DNA of 64,000 nucleotides, from assembly GCA_951406725.2 (NCBI GenBank), contig OX597837.1, positions 47,740,001 to 47,804,000 on the forward strand, read 5' to 3'. Every line of letters begins with the position of its first letter. The first letter of the stretch is position 1. The position numbers and the translations under genes were made by a program. Origin of the DNA: Octopus vulgaris. Taxonomy: Eukaryota. Shown one piece after another: positions 27,001-37,939 of the stretch. The notes beneath the pieces were generated by a model that searched no databases, was not told the origin of the DNA, and worked only from the letters and a program-made list of their open reading frames with translations.

Positions 27001-30000
27001 CATCATCACCACAACCACTGTCATCATCATCATCATCATCGCCACAACCACTGTCATCATCATCATCATCATCGCCACAACCACTGTCATCATCATCATC
27101 ATCATCATCACCACAACCACTGTCATCATCATCATCATCATCACCACAACCACTGTCATCATCATCATCATCATCGCCACAACCACTGTCATCATCATCA
27201 TCATCATCGCCACAACCACTGTCATCATCATCATCATCATCACCACAACCACTGTCATCATCATCATCATCATCGCCACAACCACTGTCATCATCATCAT
27301 CATCATCATCACTCTCATTGACCTACAAGTTCTGATTTCAACTTATTTCGACCCCATTCAAATGTTGCAATCAGGATCACATAAAATACCTTTGTTGTGT
27401 GTGAGTGGAGGGGACCCTAGCAGCTATGTGTGTGTGGAGGGGACCCTAGCAGCTATGTGTGTGTGGAGGGGACCCTAGCAGCTATGTGTGTGTGGAGGGG
27501 ACCCTAGCAGCTATGTGTGAGTGGAGGGGACCCTAGCAGCTATGTGTGTGTGGAGGGGACCCTAGCAGCTATGTGTGTGTGGAGGGGACCCTAGCAGCTA
27601 TGTGTGTGTGGAGGGGACCCTAGCAGCTATGTGTGTGTGGAGGGGACCCTAGCAGCTATGTGTGAGTGGAGGGGACCCTAGCAGCTATGTGTGTGTGGAG
27701 GGGACCCTAGCAGCTATGTGTGTGTGGAGGGGACCCTAGCAGCTATGTGTGTGTGGAGGGGACCCTAGCAGCTATGTGTGTGTGGAGGGGACCCTAGCAG
27801 CTATGTGTGTGTGGAGGGGACCCTAGCAGCTATGTGTGTGTGGAGGGGACCCTAGCAGCTATGTGTGTGTGGAGGGGACCCTAGCAGCTATGTGTGTGTG
27901 GAGGGGACCCTAGCAGCTATGTGTGTGTGGAGGGGACCCTAGCAGCTATGTGTGTGTGGAGGGGACCCTAGCAGCTATGTGTGTGTGGAGGGGACCCTAG
28001 CAGCTATGTGTGTGTGGAGGGGACCCTAGCAGCTATGTGTGTGTGGAGGGGACCCTAGCAGCTATGTGTGAGTGGAGGGGACCCTAGCAGCTATGTGTGA
28101 GTGGAGGGGACCCTAGCAGCTATGTGTGAGTGGAGGGGACCCTAGCAGCTATGTGTGTGTGGAGGGGACCCTAGCAGCTATGTGTGTGTGGAGGGGACCC
28201 TAGCAGCTATGTGTGTGTGGAGGGGACCCTAGCAGCTATGTGTGTGTGGAGGGGACCCTAGCAGCTATGTGTGTGTGGAGGGGACCCTAGCAGCTATGTG
28301 TGAGTGGAGGGGACCCTAGCAGCTATGTGTGTGTGGAGGGGACCCTAGCAGCTATGTGTGTGTGGAGGGGACCCTAGCAGCTATGTGTGTGTGGAGGGGA
28401 CCCTAGCAGCTATGTGTGAGTGGAGGGGACCCTAGCAGCTATGTGTGTGTGGAGGGGACCCTAGCAGCTATGTGTGTGTGGAGGGGACCCTAGCAGCTAT
28501 GTGTGTGTGGAGGGGACCCTAGCAGCTATGTGTGAGTGAGTGTTTGTGTGCATCTCACATACTTCTCTTTCTGTCCGTCTCTCTCTCTCACTCCCCCCCC
28601 CCCTTCACACACACAATCACAGATATTTGTGTTCTTCTTTTGCAGCTCCACAGAACTTTCATGGTTCTAGCTATGTTGTTGACCATTCTAGGATTCATCT
28701 TAATCTTTATTCAGAATGAAGGCGAATACAGTGAAGTAAGTATCTTTGTGCCATATCTACAGACACTGGTTCATTGAGTAGTCTTTGCAATTACTTAATG
28801 TCTGTTAAGGTAGTGGAATCACATTCACCAGCAAGGGAACTCAGTGGAAATGATCCAAATTTGCCTAGGGCTAAACAATCTCATGACAAACCATCCAAGC
28901 CCTGTGGAGTCCTCTCATCTTAATCAGCTGTCAATGTTGAATTTCTCTTTAAACTTTACTCCCCACCCAACCTTCAACAATCTGACAATTATTGCTTCAC
29001 TGAAAAGATTTCATAAGACTGAAACATGACCATATTTGCTAAAACTCAGAATTAATCCTAAATGAATATCTCTGTTCAGTTTTTAAGAAATTTAGATGTT
29101 AGAATTACCTCCCTTGTCCTTCTTAACCAGAGTTAATGGGTTTTGTTTTTTGTTTCCTCATTACAGAATATTTTTAATTACTTGTTTTGGTCACTGGAAT
29201 GTGACCAGACTGGAGCACTACCTTCAAATGTTTTAGTTGGTCATGTCAATCCCAGTACTTATTTTTAAGTCTGGCATTTATTGATTTCTCTTTGGTGAAC
29301 TGCTAAGTTAGAAGACATTAAACAAAGACTTTTTTGGCAAAACATCATCAGTATATTCACATACACACGACAGGCTTCTGTATAGTTTCCACATGCCATT
29401 TTCAACCGCAATGCATTGTTCTGATAGAAAAGCTCCCAGTATAAGATATTTGGCCAAAATTCCCTTCAGTGGAACTGAATGTGAAATGATGAGGGTGCCA
29501 AGATAACAATTCAACTTCACAGACATTGCTCTAGATTAAGTTAGTATTTTCTGCTCCCTACATTATATTGGTCCCAGTTTTAATATGTCTTCCTTTCTCT
29601 GCAGCTTCAAGGCTCATCAGCAAAAGCTCATCCCATAATTGGAATCATTGTTACCATTTTCGTCATTATCAATGTGAGTACATTGTATCCTTGTAACTCA
29701 TTTAATCACCCCCCCAACCCTTCTCTTTTTACATCTTTTACCCAACCCTTTCACCTCCTTCTCCCACCATTCTTGACTTTTCCTCACCTCTCTCCTACTT
29801 GTAACTCCTACTTCCCTTCCACCCATGACCCACACCATAATGCTACTCACTCTATCCTCTTCTTTACCAATTTCTATTTCAGCCCATCTTAGGCTATTTT
29901 AGGCCGGGAAAAGATCATCCGAAGCGGATTTATTTTAACTGGGTCCACAGCATGATCGGCACCATTTTGATGATTCTTGCTGGTAAATATTGCTGGCTTT

Positions 30001-32972
30001 CTTTGATTTTATTGAATTGAGAACATGATTTTAAATAGAGTAATATCAATTGTTGTAGAGAATAGATATTGATGCATTATATATATATGTGCGAGGTGCA
30101 TTTAAAAAGTAGCCAACCTTTGGGCATAGAAAAGGCTAGTTTATACATTTCACAGATTTTCTTTAATCCCCTTCAAAACACTCCTGTTGCGATTTCATGC
30201 ACTTTTCCCAGTGGTTCTGCCACAGCTTGTAACACCTCTGGAAGAACACCTTCTCTGGAATGATATGGAGCTCCTCCATCACTTTCCTCTACTCGAATCT
30301 CTTCCTTTTCAACATAATTTTCAGTTTGGAGAGGAGCCAGAAGCCACATGGTGCCAAGTTGGGAGAGGAGTCAGAAGCCACATGGTGCCAAGTTGGGAGA
30401 GGAGCCAGAAGTCACATGGTGCCAAGTTGGGAGAGGAGCCAGAATCCACATGGTGCCAAGTTGGGAGAGGAGCCAAAATCCACATGGTGCCAAGTTGGGA
30501 GTGGAGCCAGAAGCCACATGGTACCAAGTTGGGAGAGGAGCCAGAAGCCACATGGTGCCAAGTTGGGAGAGGAGCCAGAAGCCACATGGTGCCAAGTTGG
30601 GAGAGGAGCCAGAATCCACATGGTGCCAAGTTGGGAGAGGAGCCAGAAGTCACATGGTGCCAAGTTGGGAGTGGAGCCAGAAGCCACATGGTACCAAGTT
30701 GGGAGAGTAAAGAGTCTGTGGAACTGGTCTGTTGTTCATCATCATCATTTAACGTCTGTTTTCCATGCTAGCATGGGTTGGATCGGGGTCTGGGAAGCCA
30801 AGGGGCTGCACCAGGCTCCAGTCTGATCTGGCAGAGTTTCTGCAGCTGGATGCCCTTCCTAACGCCAACCACTCCATGAGTGTAGTGGGTGTTTTTTATG
30901 TGCCACTGGCATAGGGGCCAGAGGAGGCTGGCAAACGGCCATGAATCGGTTGGTGGTTTTATGTATCACCGACACGGACGCCAGTCAGGTAGCGCTGGCA
31001 TCTGCCACGTTTGGACGGTGCTTTTTATGTGTCACCGGCACAGGTGTCTTGGGGCAGAATGAGCAGATGCATTTTACAACCAGTAAAAGCATAGTACATG
31101 TGCCCAGGTGATATTCGCCAGGTGTGTGATAGCCATGGTTTGGTTTTTTTATTACCTAAAGCTGGCTCAGGCAATCTGCAGCCCATGGCACACCTAACAA
31201 TAAAATAAATAATAAATGCGCCCTTCTAAAGCCTAGCCAGGCTCATGGGCCTGGTTTCCCGGTTTCTGTGTTCCCCAGCTTGACAGTACACCAGTCCATC
31301 ACAGCATTACTCATTTTTGCCAGCTGAGTGGACTGGAGTGGATGTTACCTTGAATTATTTTTAGAAGTATGGCTGGCCTGACAATGAGTTATGTCTCATG
31401 TGACTCACTTCTCGAAAAAGGTGGCCTGGCTTCACCTGGAATACGGAGTAAAATGAGAGAAATCAAATTGAACACTGATTTTAGTGTCAACTGTTTTGTA
31501 TTGATATTACAAACATAACCATATTGAAACAACATACTGCTGTTGCATATAGAACTATGTTGCTATGGTATAATTTCTGAGAGAAAGAGAGAGAGAGATG
31601 CAAGGAGAAATTTAGTGAGAAAATGTACCAGATTGGATTAACTTATTTCATTCATAGGTTTAACATTGGTTTTTCCTTCCTAGCATGGGTTGGATGAATA
31701 CCTGTTTGTGAGGAATGGTTTTTCAGCTGGATGCTTTTCCTATCAATCACCATTGCATATTTTTCAAGTAGGTCTTCAACAATGTTGCTCTACTAACTCT
31801 CAGCTGAGTCTGTCAACAAATATCACCTGAGTCTCTTTAGTACAACACCTTTCAATTGAATTACTGTGTGTGTGGGGGGGGTTCAATGTAATTGATTTTT
31901 CTAAATGAGAAATTCCTATCCAAGGTAAACCGGACAAAATGCTTAGTGTTCTGAGTTCAAATTCTGCCAAGATTGACTTTGCCTGTCATCCTTCTAGAAT
32001 ATCAGGCCTTGTGTCTCAAGTAATAAGGATTATTATTATTATTATAGAATGGTGGATTAACAGAATCTTTATTGTGGTATTTCTTCTGGAAATGAGTCCA
32101 AATTCCAGCAAGATTAAGTTTGCCTTTCATTGTTCCAGGGTTGATGAAATAAAATCCTAGCTAAGTAATAGGGTTGATGGTCTTGACTAAGCCCTCAACA
32201 CAAAAATGCTGGTTTTGTATCTCAAATAATAATAATGATGATGATGATGATTGCTGCTGTTGAGTGTTTCAAGGAAAAGATTAATAAAAAAAGACGATTC
32301 CAGATAAAAGAAGCTGCATCTATTTTGCAATGGGTGTGTGAATGTAATTTGGGTCCAGATTTGGATTTTGCTATGAATTCACAACAGAGACAAACATGTC
32401 TGAGTTTGTCTGGGATTGGACAAATGTGTCTGTTGATTGCAGGATAGAATTTTTCTATTTTTGTTTCTTCAACTCAAATTGTTTTGATGCAACACATTTT
32501 GGTAACATTTTGTTATTGCTATGGCCTTGTCTTTGATCTTTTAGATGTCGCAATATTTATTGGAGTTTTGATGCACAGCAAGATGGAGAATGTAGAGAGA
32601 ATGTACGACGCTTTTGTCATTGAAATGAGTTTGTTTTTGGTCTACAAATTCGTTGCTGGTTGTGGAATGGAAATAATGGAATATTGTAACCAAGGTAACA
32701 ACACTGATTCCTTTGCTTCTAAAATTAGGAAACATCTTCTCATAAATATATTTTCAGAAAGTATTTGAAAGTCACTGTTGCACATTTATGACAGGCCATT
32801 CTTTGATTTACTGTATATCTGATGGGGAGAGTGACAAGGAAGTGTCTGGATCTCGAATCAGAACAAATATCACAAGCGAACTTAATTACAAAACAATAGT
32901 TTCAGTTTTATGATTGATGTTCACAATCTTTATCAATATACATCAACACACACATTTATATGTATGTGTATG

Positions 32973-33012
<40 letters not shown>

Positions 33013-36000
33013 AATATATGAGGGAATTTTTTTAACCAGAAAATTTTTTCTGGAGAACAATTTTTAGTGGTTAAAACCATAGCGGATCTTCTCCTAGCAT
33101 AAGGGTTTCCACATAGTGGTTAAAAAAATTCCCACTTATATTTATGTATGAAATACTATTTACTGAATCTCAGTTTTTTTATATGCTAGACCACTGGTAT
33201 TAAAATTGATGTTATCAAATTAATATCCAACTTTTCACCTTCATTTTGATTTCAATTTTATATATATATAGCAACAGGTTCAGTCCCAGAGTCTGGCACC
33301 TTGGACAAGTCTCTTCTTTCATTGCCTCAGGCTGACCAAAGCCATGTCAGTGGATTTGGTAATGGAAACCGAAACACGTTCACCGTGTGTGTGTGTGTGT
33401 CTCCTTATCTTGGCATTGCAGGGTAGTTGGAAGCGATTGTCACAATTATACAATCAAAGTAATTTATTTCCAGTCTTCTGTACCACCATGTCTGGCCATG
33501 AGGGAAATATTACCTTCATTGGAAACAGGTAGGACGGGCACCTGACTGCAGAAAATGTACCTTTAACCCAGGCAAGTATGGACAAGTGGATGTCAAAACG
33601 ATTATATATATATATATATATATAATTAATAATCAAGTTTTCTCATTTCTCCTCTGGTTAATTAATAATTCCACACACACTTTCGGATTGAGGTATGCAC
33701 TTGATTACATCACACTCCCTCACATATAACTGATACTATATTTTATTGACATCTCCAAGGTGACCTTTGCTGGGATTTGAACTCAAACCCTGAAGGGACT
33801 TAAATACCTGAAGGGTTTCCTGACACTTTAGCAGTTTAACCAAATCCACAAACTTCTTATTGATTTTCTTTTCCCTATGTTTATAGATGAGGAGGAGGCA
33901 GAAGATCACAGTATTAAACCGATGTTTTGGAATAGGCTAAGAGGCACATTTGGTTATGGTATTAAGTTACCTCCCTTTACATTATGAGTTCAAATCTTCT
34001 TGACCTCAATATAAAGTACCAGTCATGTACTGGGGTTGACATAACCAACTAACCCTTCTTTTGAAACTTTTTCCCCTCTACTTATCATAGTCATCATCAT
34101 CATCATCACCTTCATTTTATGCTTCTCTTCCATGCTAACGTCTCACTCACCTGCTTTCTTCTTGATATCGCTTCTTTGGCTTATTGCTCTTATCACCAAC
34201 CACGAGTGAACTGGGCGAATGATACTGCAAGCAGCAGCACTTGAGAGGTCATTATGTTCTCAACAAGACGACATATGCTTCTCTTCGCCTTCCAATGTCT
34301 CCCCTGGTTCACCAATCTCAGATGCAGATTATCCGGACACCAACAGTGAAGGTTGCCTTTCGTACCTCAAAAGACTAGAGAGTTTCCTCTTGTCTATGCT
34401 GTGTGTTTGTTTCGTCAGAGTCAGTGACTGGTAGAGAAGCTGGTGCTTGAAGTAGGGAAATTGGTATGATGGTAGAAACAGAACTGGCTGGTATGGCAGA
34501 GTGATAGCTGCTTGTGGAAGAGCCAAGCTCTAGGAAGAGTAAGTGATGACTGTGAATATAGCAAGGGCTTCAGAAAAAGGGGGACGGATGACAGGCAGTG
34601 AAGAAAGAGTGATTGGCAAATGTATCAGGTTCTGCCTGGCATTTTTCTATACAGGGAACACAAGAGGTAAGCGATAAATTGTTAAGATTGACAGATTGTA
34701 ACAATCATTAGCATGTCAGACAAAATAGAATGTAAACAGGGTCGATAAAATAAAGCACCCATCAGATACTGGGGTTGATGTAATTGACTTAGCCCCTCCT
34801 CTGAAATTGCTGGCCTTGTGCTAAAATTTGAAACCATGATTATTATTATTAAAGCAGTGAGCTGGCAGAATCGTTAGCATGCTGGATGAAATGCATAACG
34901 GTATTTCGCTTGCCGTTACGTTGTGAGTTCAAATTCTGCTGAGGTCAACTTTGCCTTTCATCCTTTTGGGGTCGATAAATTAAGTACCAGTTACGCACTG
35001 GGGTCAATATAATTGACTTTATCCCTTTGCTGTCCCTTCTGTGTTTAGTAAAGAAATAGGTATTTCGCCTGTTGCTACATTCTGAGTTCAGATTCTACCA
35101 AGGTCGACTTTACCTTTTGTGGCTGATGAAATAGGTACCAGTGAAACACTGGGGTCAATGGGATCAACTGGTCCCCTCCGCCCCCACAATTTCAGGCCTT
35201 GTGCCTTTAGTAAAAAAGATTATTATTATAAGGCAGAGGGCTGGCAGCATTTCGCCTGTCACAACATTCTGAGTTCAAATTCCTCCGAGGTTGGCTTTGC
35301 CTCTCATCCTTTCAGGGTCAATAAAGTACCAGTCATGTACTGAGGTTGATGTGATTGACTTACTCTTTCCCACAAATTTCAGGTCTTCTGCCGCCAGTAG
35401 AAAGTATTATTATTATTGTTGTTGTTGTTGCTGCTGCTATGACCAGTGGGGTCGGCAGCGTCATCAACTTGCCCCCCCCCAGTCTTTTGCTCTGGTGGCC
35501 AACTTTGCCTTTCATTTTATTTTTTTTTTTCAAAGTTGATAACTTTAGTTGAACATTGGGGTTGATGTAATCAACTCAGCCCCCTCCCTACAAAAGGTCA
35601 ATCTTTGTGCCTATAATAGAAATTATTATGATTATCATTACAGATAAAGTGTCTGCATATGAAATGAACACACCTGGACAGAATAAGCCACCTGAACCGG
35701 AAGTTAATAAGGTCAGTGAGAAAAATGGAGTTTTGACAATTGGACAAACTCCTCTGTGTATCTGTGTGTGTGTCTGTGTGTGCTATTTCCAGTAGTTGCT
35801 GCCTCTGGCACCATACACAGCATCCATGCTGTGTATGCTGCCAGCATCATACACAACATGCAACTGACCACTGAGTTGTATATATCTTGTATGTATGCAC
35901 ACATGAATATATTTATTTATGTATGTATGTCATTATTCAGGATTATTGGAACTTCAAAAGGGGTTGAAAAATAGTATTACAAATTGAACGACTGTTTCTG

Positions 36001-37179
36001 GGAGCTTGGTGGCCCCTAACGATGTTTGTTGATTAATTAAGCGGCGGAAAAGGCCTCAAATTGGATCTGGTCAAGGAGGAACAAAAGCCAACTTGATGAA
36101 GATTAATTGTAGTCATGTAGGCCTCTGGAGCCGACGATACGGGTTCGAATCCCTTCTCAGGGCCACAGCAGTGCTAGAAACCAACCCCACCCAAGGCATA
36201 CTAAAATGGACAGCAGGTGGACATCTGGGAGTCATGACTCAGACGTAGCCTGACCCCGCTAGAGCGTCAGGAGTTAAGGGCCGAAACACTTGCTTAAAGG
36301 GGGTTTCTTCTTTAAGGACCACCTGCTGTTATGCTCACCCCGAGTTTCTTTCCACATTTGAGATGGAGATGTGTATGTTAAAGCAGGTCTTCTGGAAAAG
36401 GTCAGGGAAAATGGCAATGGACATCTTGGGAATCTTTGGTTTGAGCGTAAGATCATGGCACTCCTGATCCTGCAACCCATATTAACACTAGATACCTTGC
36501 CCTGGCTTCTCTCTGGATCATGCCAGCAGGGTGGTGAGATTCTGTGAGGTGCTGTGCAAGCCTTATTCCTCTTCAAAATTCTGTGCAAGCTTGCTTTGCC
36601 AGAGGTGGTCATCAATGGGTTGACAGCCATGGTGTATGTTTGTGTTTGTCCCTGTATATGCATCAATTGTCACCATATTGATTGAGGATGAGGCAGAGAA
36701 TGGTAGGAGTGAGAGGGGGAACAGAGCAAAATGAAAGACAGCCACAATTTGTAGGGAGACGGAATGGAAAAGAAGAGAGAGTGAGGGAGGCAGGGTGATA
36801 GAAGAAGGAGTACTGGAAGTGAGGGGGTTGGGACATGTCAACATTCATACGGGAGGGAGTAATGGAGGAGAGAGAATGATGGTTAGCAATTAAGAAAACA
36901 AGTTGACAAGCTGCTGCTGGATTGGATTTAGGCAGCAGGGAAAAGTGGATTGAAAAATGAGGCTGAACAACAACAACTCTTTAAAACGAAATTCTGTATG
37001 AAATGATTTGCATTAATTGATAATCTCCTCCTCCTCCTCTTTGATTTATTTTCTAATTTCTTTGTCTTTTTCCAATGTTTCAGGAGGAAAAGGTGAAGAC
37101 CATAATGTTGTTGGTCCACACAGTAATATGTCTAGCATTCACCATTTCACTCATTGCTACTTTGTTTATGAAACCTTGA
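10606..37179 (+). CDS. FRRS1: Ferric-chelate reductase 1-like protein (DOMON + cytochrome b561), spliced gene of about 434 aa; 5' end uncertain
   Basis: Manual join 10606-10806, 14352-14438, 18079-18229, 20361-20471, 23007-23116, 28646-28735, 29605-29673, 29883-29982, 32545-32694, 33887-33958, 35644-35711, 37084-37179; all GT-AG with matching phases. DOMON motif YIALGLSEDDDM|GSDSVMEC, TCNFTR, WYLLAAAG, KRKH. The four b561 heme His are in LHG, QLHR, KAHP and WVHS. Ends in a TM helix and TGA. Confidence 0.9.
11059..11600 (-). mobile_element. SINE family A, long copy
   Basis: family A consensus plus internal gtgctttttac.tgccaccggcac repeats. Confidence 0.8.
11875..12105 (-). mobile_element. SINE family C copy
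   Basis: homologous to 9775-10007. Confidence 0.8.
12710..13457 (+). mobile_element. RTE-like LINE 3' fragment (RT end, frameshifted)
   Basis: LLQSLEQASNCVGLYLNESKTEY..YKYLGSYI..AWSACNDMHKIW; ends in (gat)n. Confidence 0.85.
13595..13925 (+). mobile_element. tRNA-derived SINE (other family)
   Basis: gtggatcagtggcaagagc (A-box-like), gagttcgattcc (B-box), ttgagcaagacacttt core. Confidence 0.6.
14352..14438 (+). CDS. FRRS1: FRRS1-like exon (DOMON)
   Basis: ttccag|GSDSVMECLYYNGQVKGQYSYNEGTHNSK|gtaag. Confidence 0.9.
16380..17256. mobile_element. Non-autonomous mariner element with long inverted ends
   Basis: tgatcaataagtatccgg..tgttgccatagt at 16384 and its reverse complement ending at about 17255; mariner N-terminal peptides VYGEECMSRTQ.YEWFKRF and SVQSIITEDLGMRRMSAKFV on minus. 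Confidence 0.85.
17292..17590 (+). mobile_element. tRNA-derived SINE family B copy
   Basis: gtggaggcgcaatggcccagtggttaggg... Confidence 0.75.
17606..17774 (-). mobile_element. Inverted SINE family B copy
   Basis: reverse complement of 17292-17461. Confidence 0.85.
18079..18229 (+). CDS. FRRS1: FRRS1-like exon (DOMON)
   Basis: ttacag|VTDLTLNNGKYVNGLMTCNFTRDNVMNNSKIFNIGQKQWYLLAAAGPVKD|gtact. Confidence 0.9.
18765..19022 (-). mobile_element. SINE family A copy
   Basis: family A consensus. Confidence 0.75.
20361..20471 (+). CDS. FRRS1: FRRS1-like exon (DOMON end, linker, first b561 His)
   Basis: tttcag|GFMKRKHTFTATTSGKVDFSKQNPVDSEEEEILTHLH|gtagg. Confidence 0.9.
21430..22778. repeat. 34-bp pyrimidine-rich minisatellite, about 40 copies
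   Basis: unit ttccatccaacctctattctcttctttata(ttca/ctta/ttta). Confidence 0.97.
23007..23116 (+). CDS. FRRS1: FRRS1-like exon (b561 TM)
   Basis: ttgcag|GVSMIVAWVFFASVGIFAARYSKSVNKKLCKIMLWFQ|gtaag. Confidence 0.92.
23217..27310. repeat. 33-bp minisatellite (ATC)6-RCCACAACCACTGTC, about 124 copies
   Basis: read directly; source of the 1511-aa and 1377-aa ORFs. Confidence 0.98.
27397..28535. repeat. 29-bp G-rich minisatellite, about 39 copies
   Basis: unit gtgtg(t/a)gtggaggggaccctagcagctat. Confidence 0.97.
28646..28735 (+). CDS. FRRS1: FRRS1-like exon (b561 TM)
   Basis: ttgcag|LHRTFMVLAMLLTILGFILIFIQNEGEYSE|gtaag. Confidence 0.92.
29605..29673 (+). CDS. FRRS1: FRRS1-like exon (b561 TM)
   Basis: ctgcag|LQGSSAKAHPIIGIIVTIFVIIN|gtgag. 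Confidence 0.9.
29883..29982 (+). CDS. FRRS1: FRRS1-like exon (b561 TM)
   Basis: tttcag|PILGYFRPGKDHPKRIYFNWVHSMIGTILMILA|gtaaa. Confidence 0.92.
30090..30725 (-). mobile_element. Mariner 3'-end fossil containing a 34-bp minisatellite (about 11 copies, 30323-30706)
   Basis: minus strand reads VPQTLYSPNL..CGFWLLSKLKIMLKRKRFE (YSPDLAP.D motif region); TIR-like cgaggtgcatttaaaaagt at 30092. Confidence 0.85.
30735..31045 (-). mobile_element. SINE family A copy
   Basis: family A consensus. Confidence 0.8.
32545..32694 (+). CDS. FRRS1: FRRS1-like exon
   Basis: ttttag|DVAIFIGVLMHSKMENVERMYDAFVIEMSLFLVYKFVAGCGMEIMEYCNQ|gtaac. Confidence 0.85.
33887..33958 (+). CDS. FRRS1: FRRS1-like candidate loop exon (phase 1-1)
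   Basis: polypyrimidine tract, ttatag|DEEEAEDHSIKPMFWNRLRGTFGY|gtatt; donor position less certain. Confidence 0.55.
34738..35640 (+). mobile_element. Cluster of tandem or nested SINE family C fragments
   Basis: gagttcaaatt..gaggtc.actttgcct.tcatcct..aagtaccagt..actgggg recurs 4-5 times, mostly ending in (att)n. Confidence 0.75.
35644..35711 (+). CDS. FRRS1: FRRS1-like loop exon
   Basis: ttacag|DKVSAYEMNTPGQNKPPEPEVNK|gtcag; supplies the phase 1 to 0 change needed for the last exon. Confidence 0.7.
37084..37179 (+). CDS. FRRS1: FRRS1-like terminal coding exon (C-terminal TM helix)
   Basis: tttcag|EEKVKTIMLLVHTVICLAFTISLIATLFMKP*; AATAAA at about 37260. Confidence 0.8.
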   Translation, partial: EEKVKTIMLLVHTVICLAFTISLIATLFMKP

Positions 37180-37939
37180 TACATTCCAAAGATCCAGATA
37201 CGTGTATCAGCCCCACCCCTGCCATTCTCTGATCAGGCAAAGCTCTTCAAATCAGCTCAAATAAATATGAACATTTCTTTCTGTGATACCAAGCCAAAGA
37301 GAAAGGGTAGGAAAGGAATTAGTTAATTCAGCCGACCCTCACACTATCACTGGTATGGTGACTTATCTTTATTAACCGTAAATGAAGAGAGATCAGAATC
37401 TCATCTGGTGAAATTCCAGCTCAGAACATTGGACCAAAGAAAAATGGAACTAAATATCACAGAAACATTTTGTCCTGCAACTCTGCTAACCACTACACTT
37501 ACTAATAATAATAATAATAATAATAATAAAAATAGTAATCTACAAATAATTGGAGTGTTAAGTATGATTAAAAAAAAGTATGAAAAGAATGATAAAGAAA
37601 CATTGCTGCCACACCAGGATTCACAACGCCTCTAAAACAACTCTGCTGGGAAAAGCCGACACCGAGGAGGTCAAATAGAACGGTTCTCACGCACAACACA
37701 CATTGAATAATCTAAAACAGCTCAAACTCATGCAACAGATATTTTACAGGATGAAAGCCCAATGCAATAACACAACAGAAGAGGCATTAACATAACAAGA
37801 AACTAAACTCCATAACAAAAAACAAGCTGATGCAGAAAACGAAAAGAAGTCCCCATAAAAATAATAAAACAGCTGAGGAAGATGGAGGGAGCAGCAGAAA
37901 CTAGCAAATAATAAATAATGATAATAATAGTAATAGTAA

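Noticed and set aside
22943-27478. 1511-aa and 1377-aa ORFs as genes
   Set aside because: Produced by a stop-free 33-bp repeat; only 23007-23116 is a real exon, with a strong gtaag donor.
30187-30826. Overlapping repetitive ORFs on both strands
   Set aside because: 34-bp array inside a mariner fossil; not a gene.
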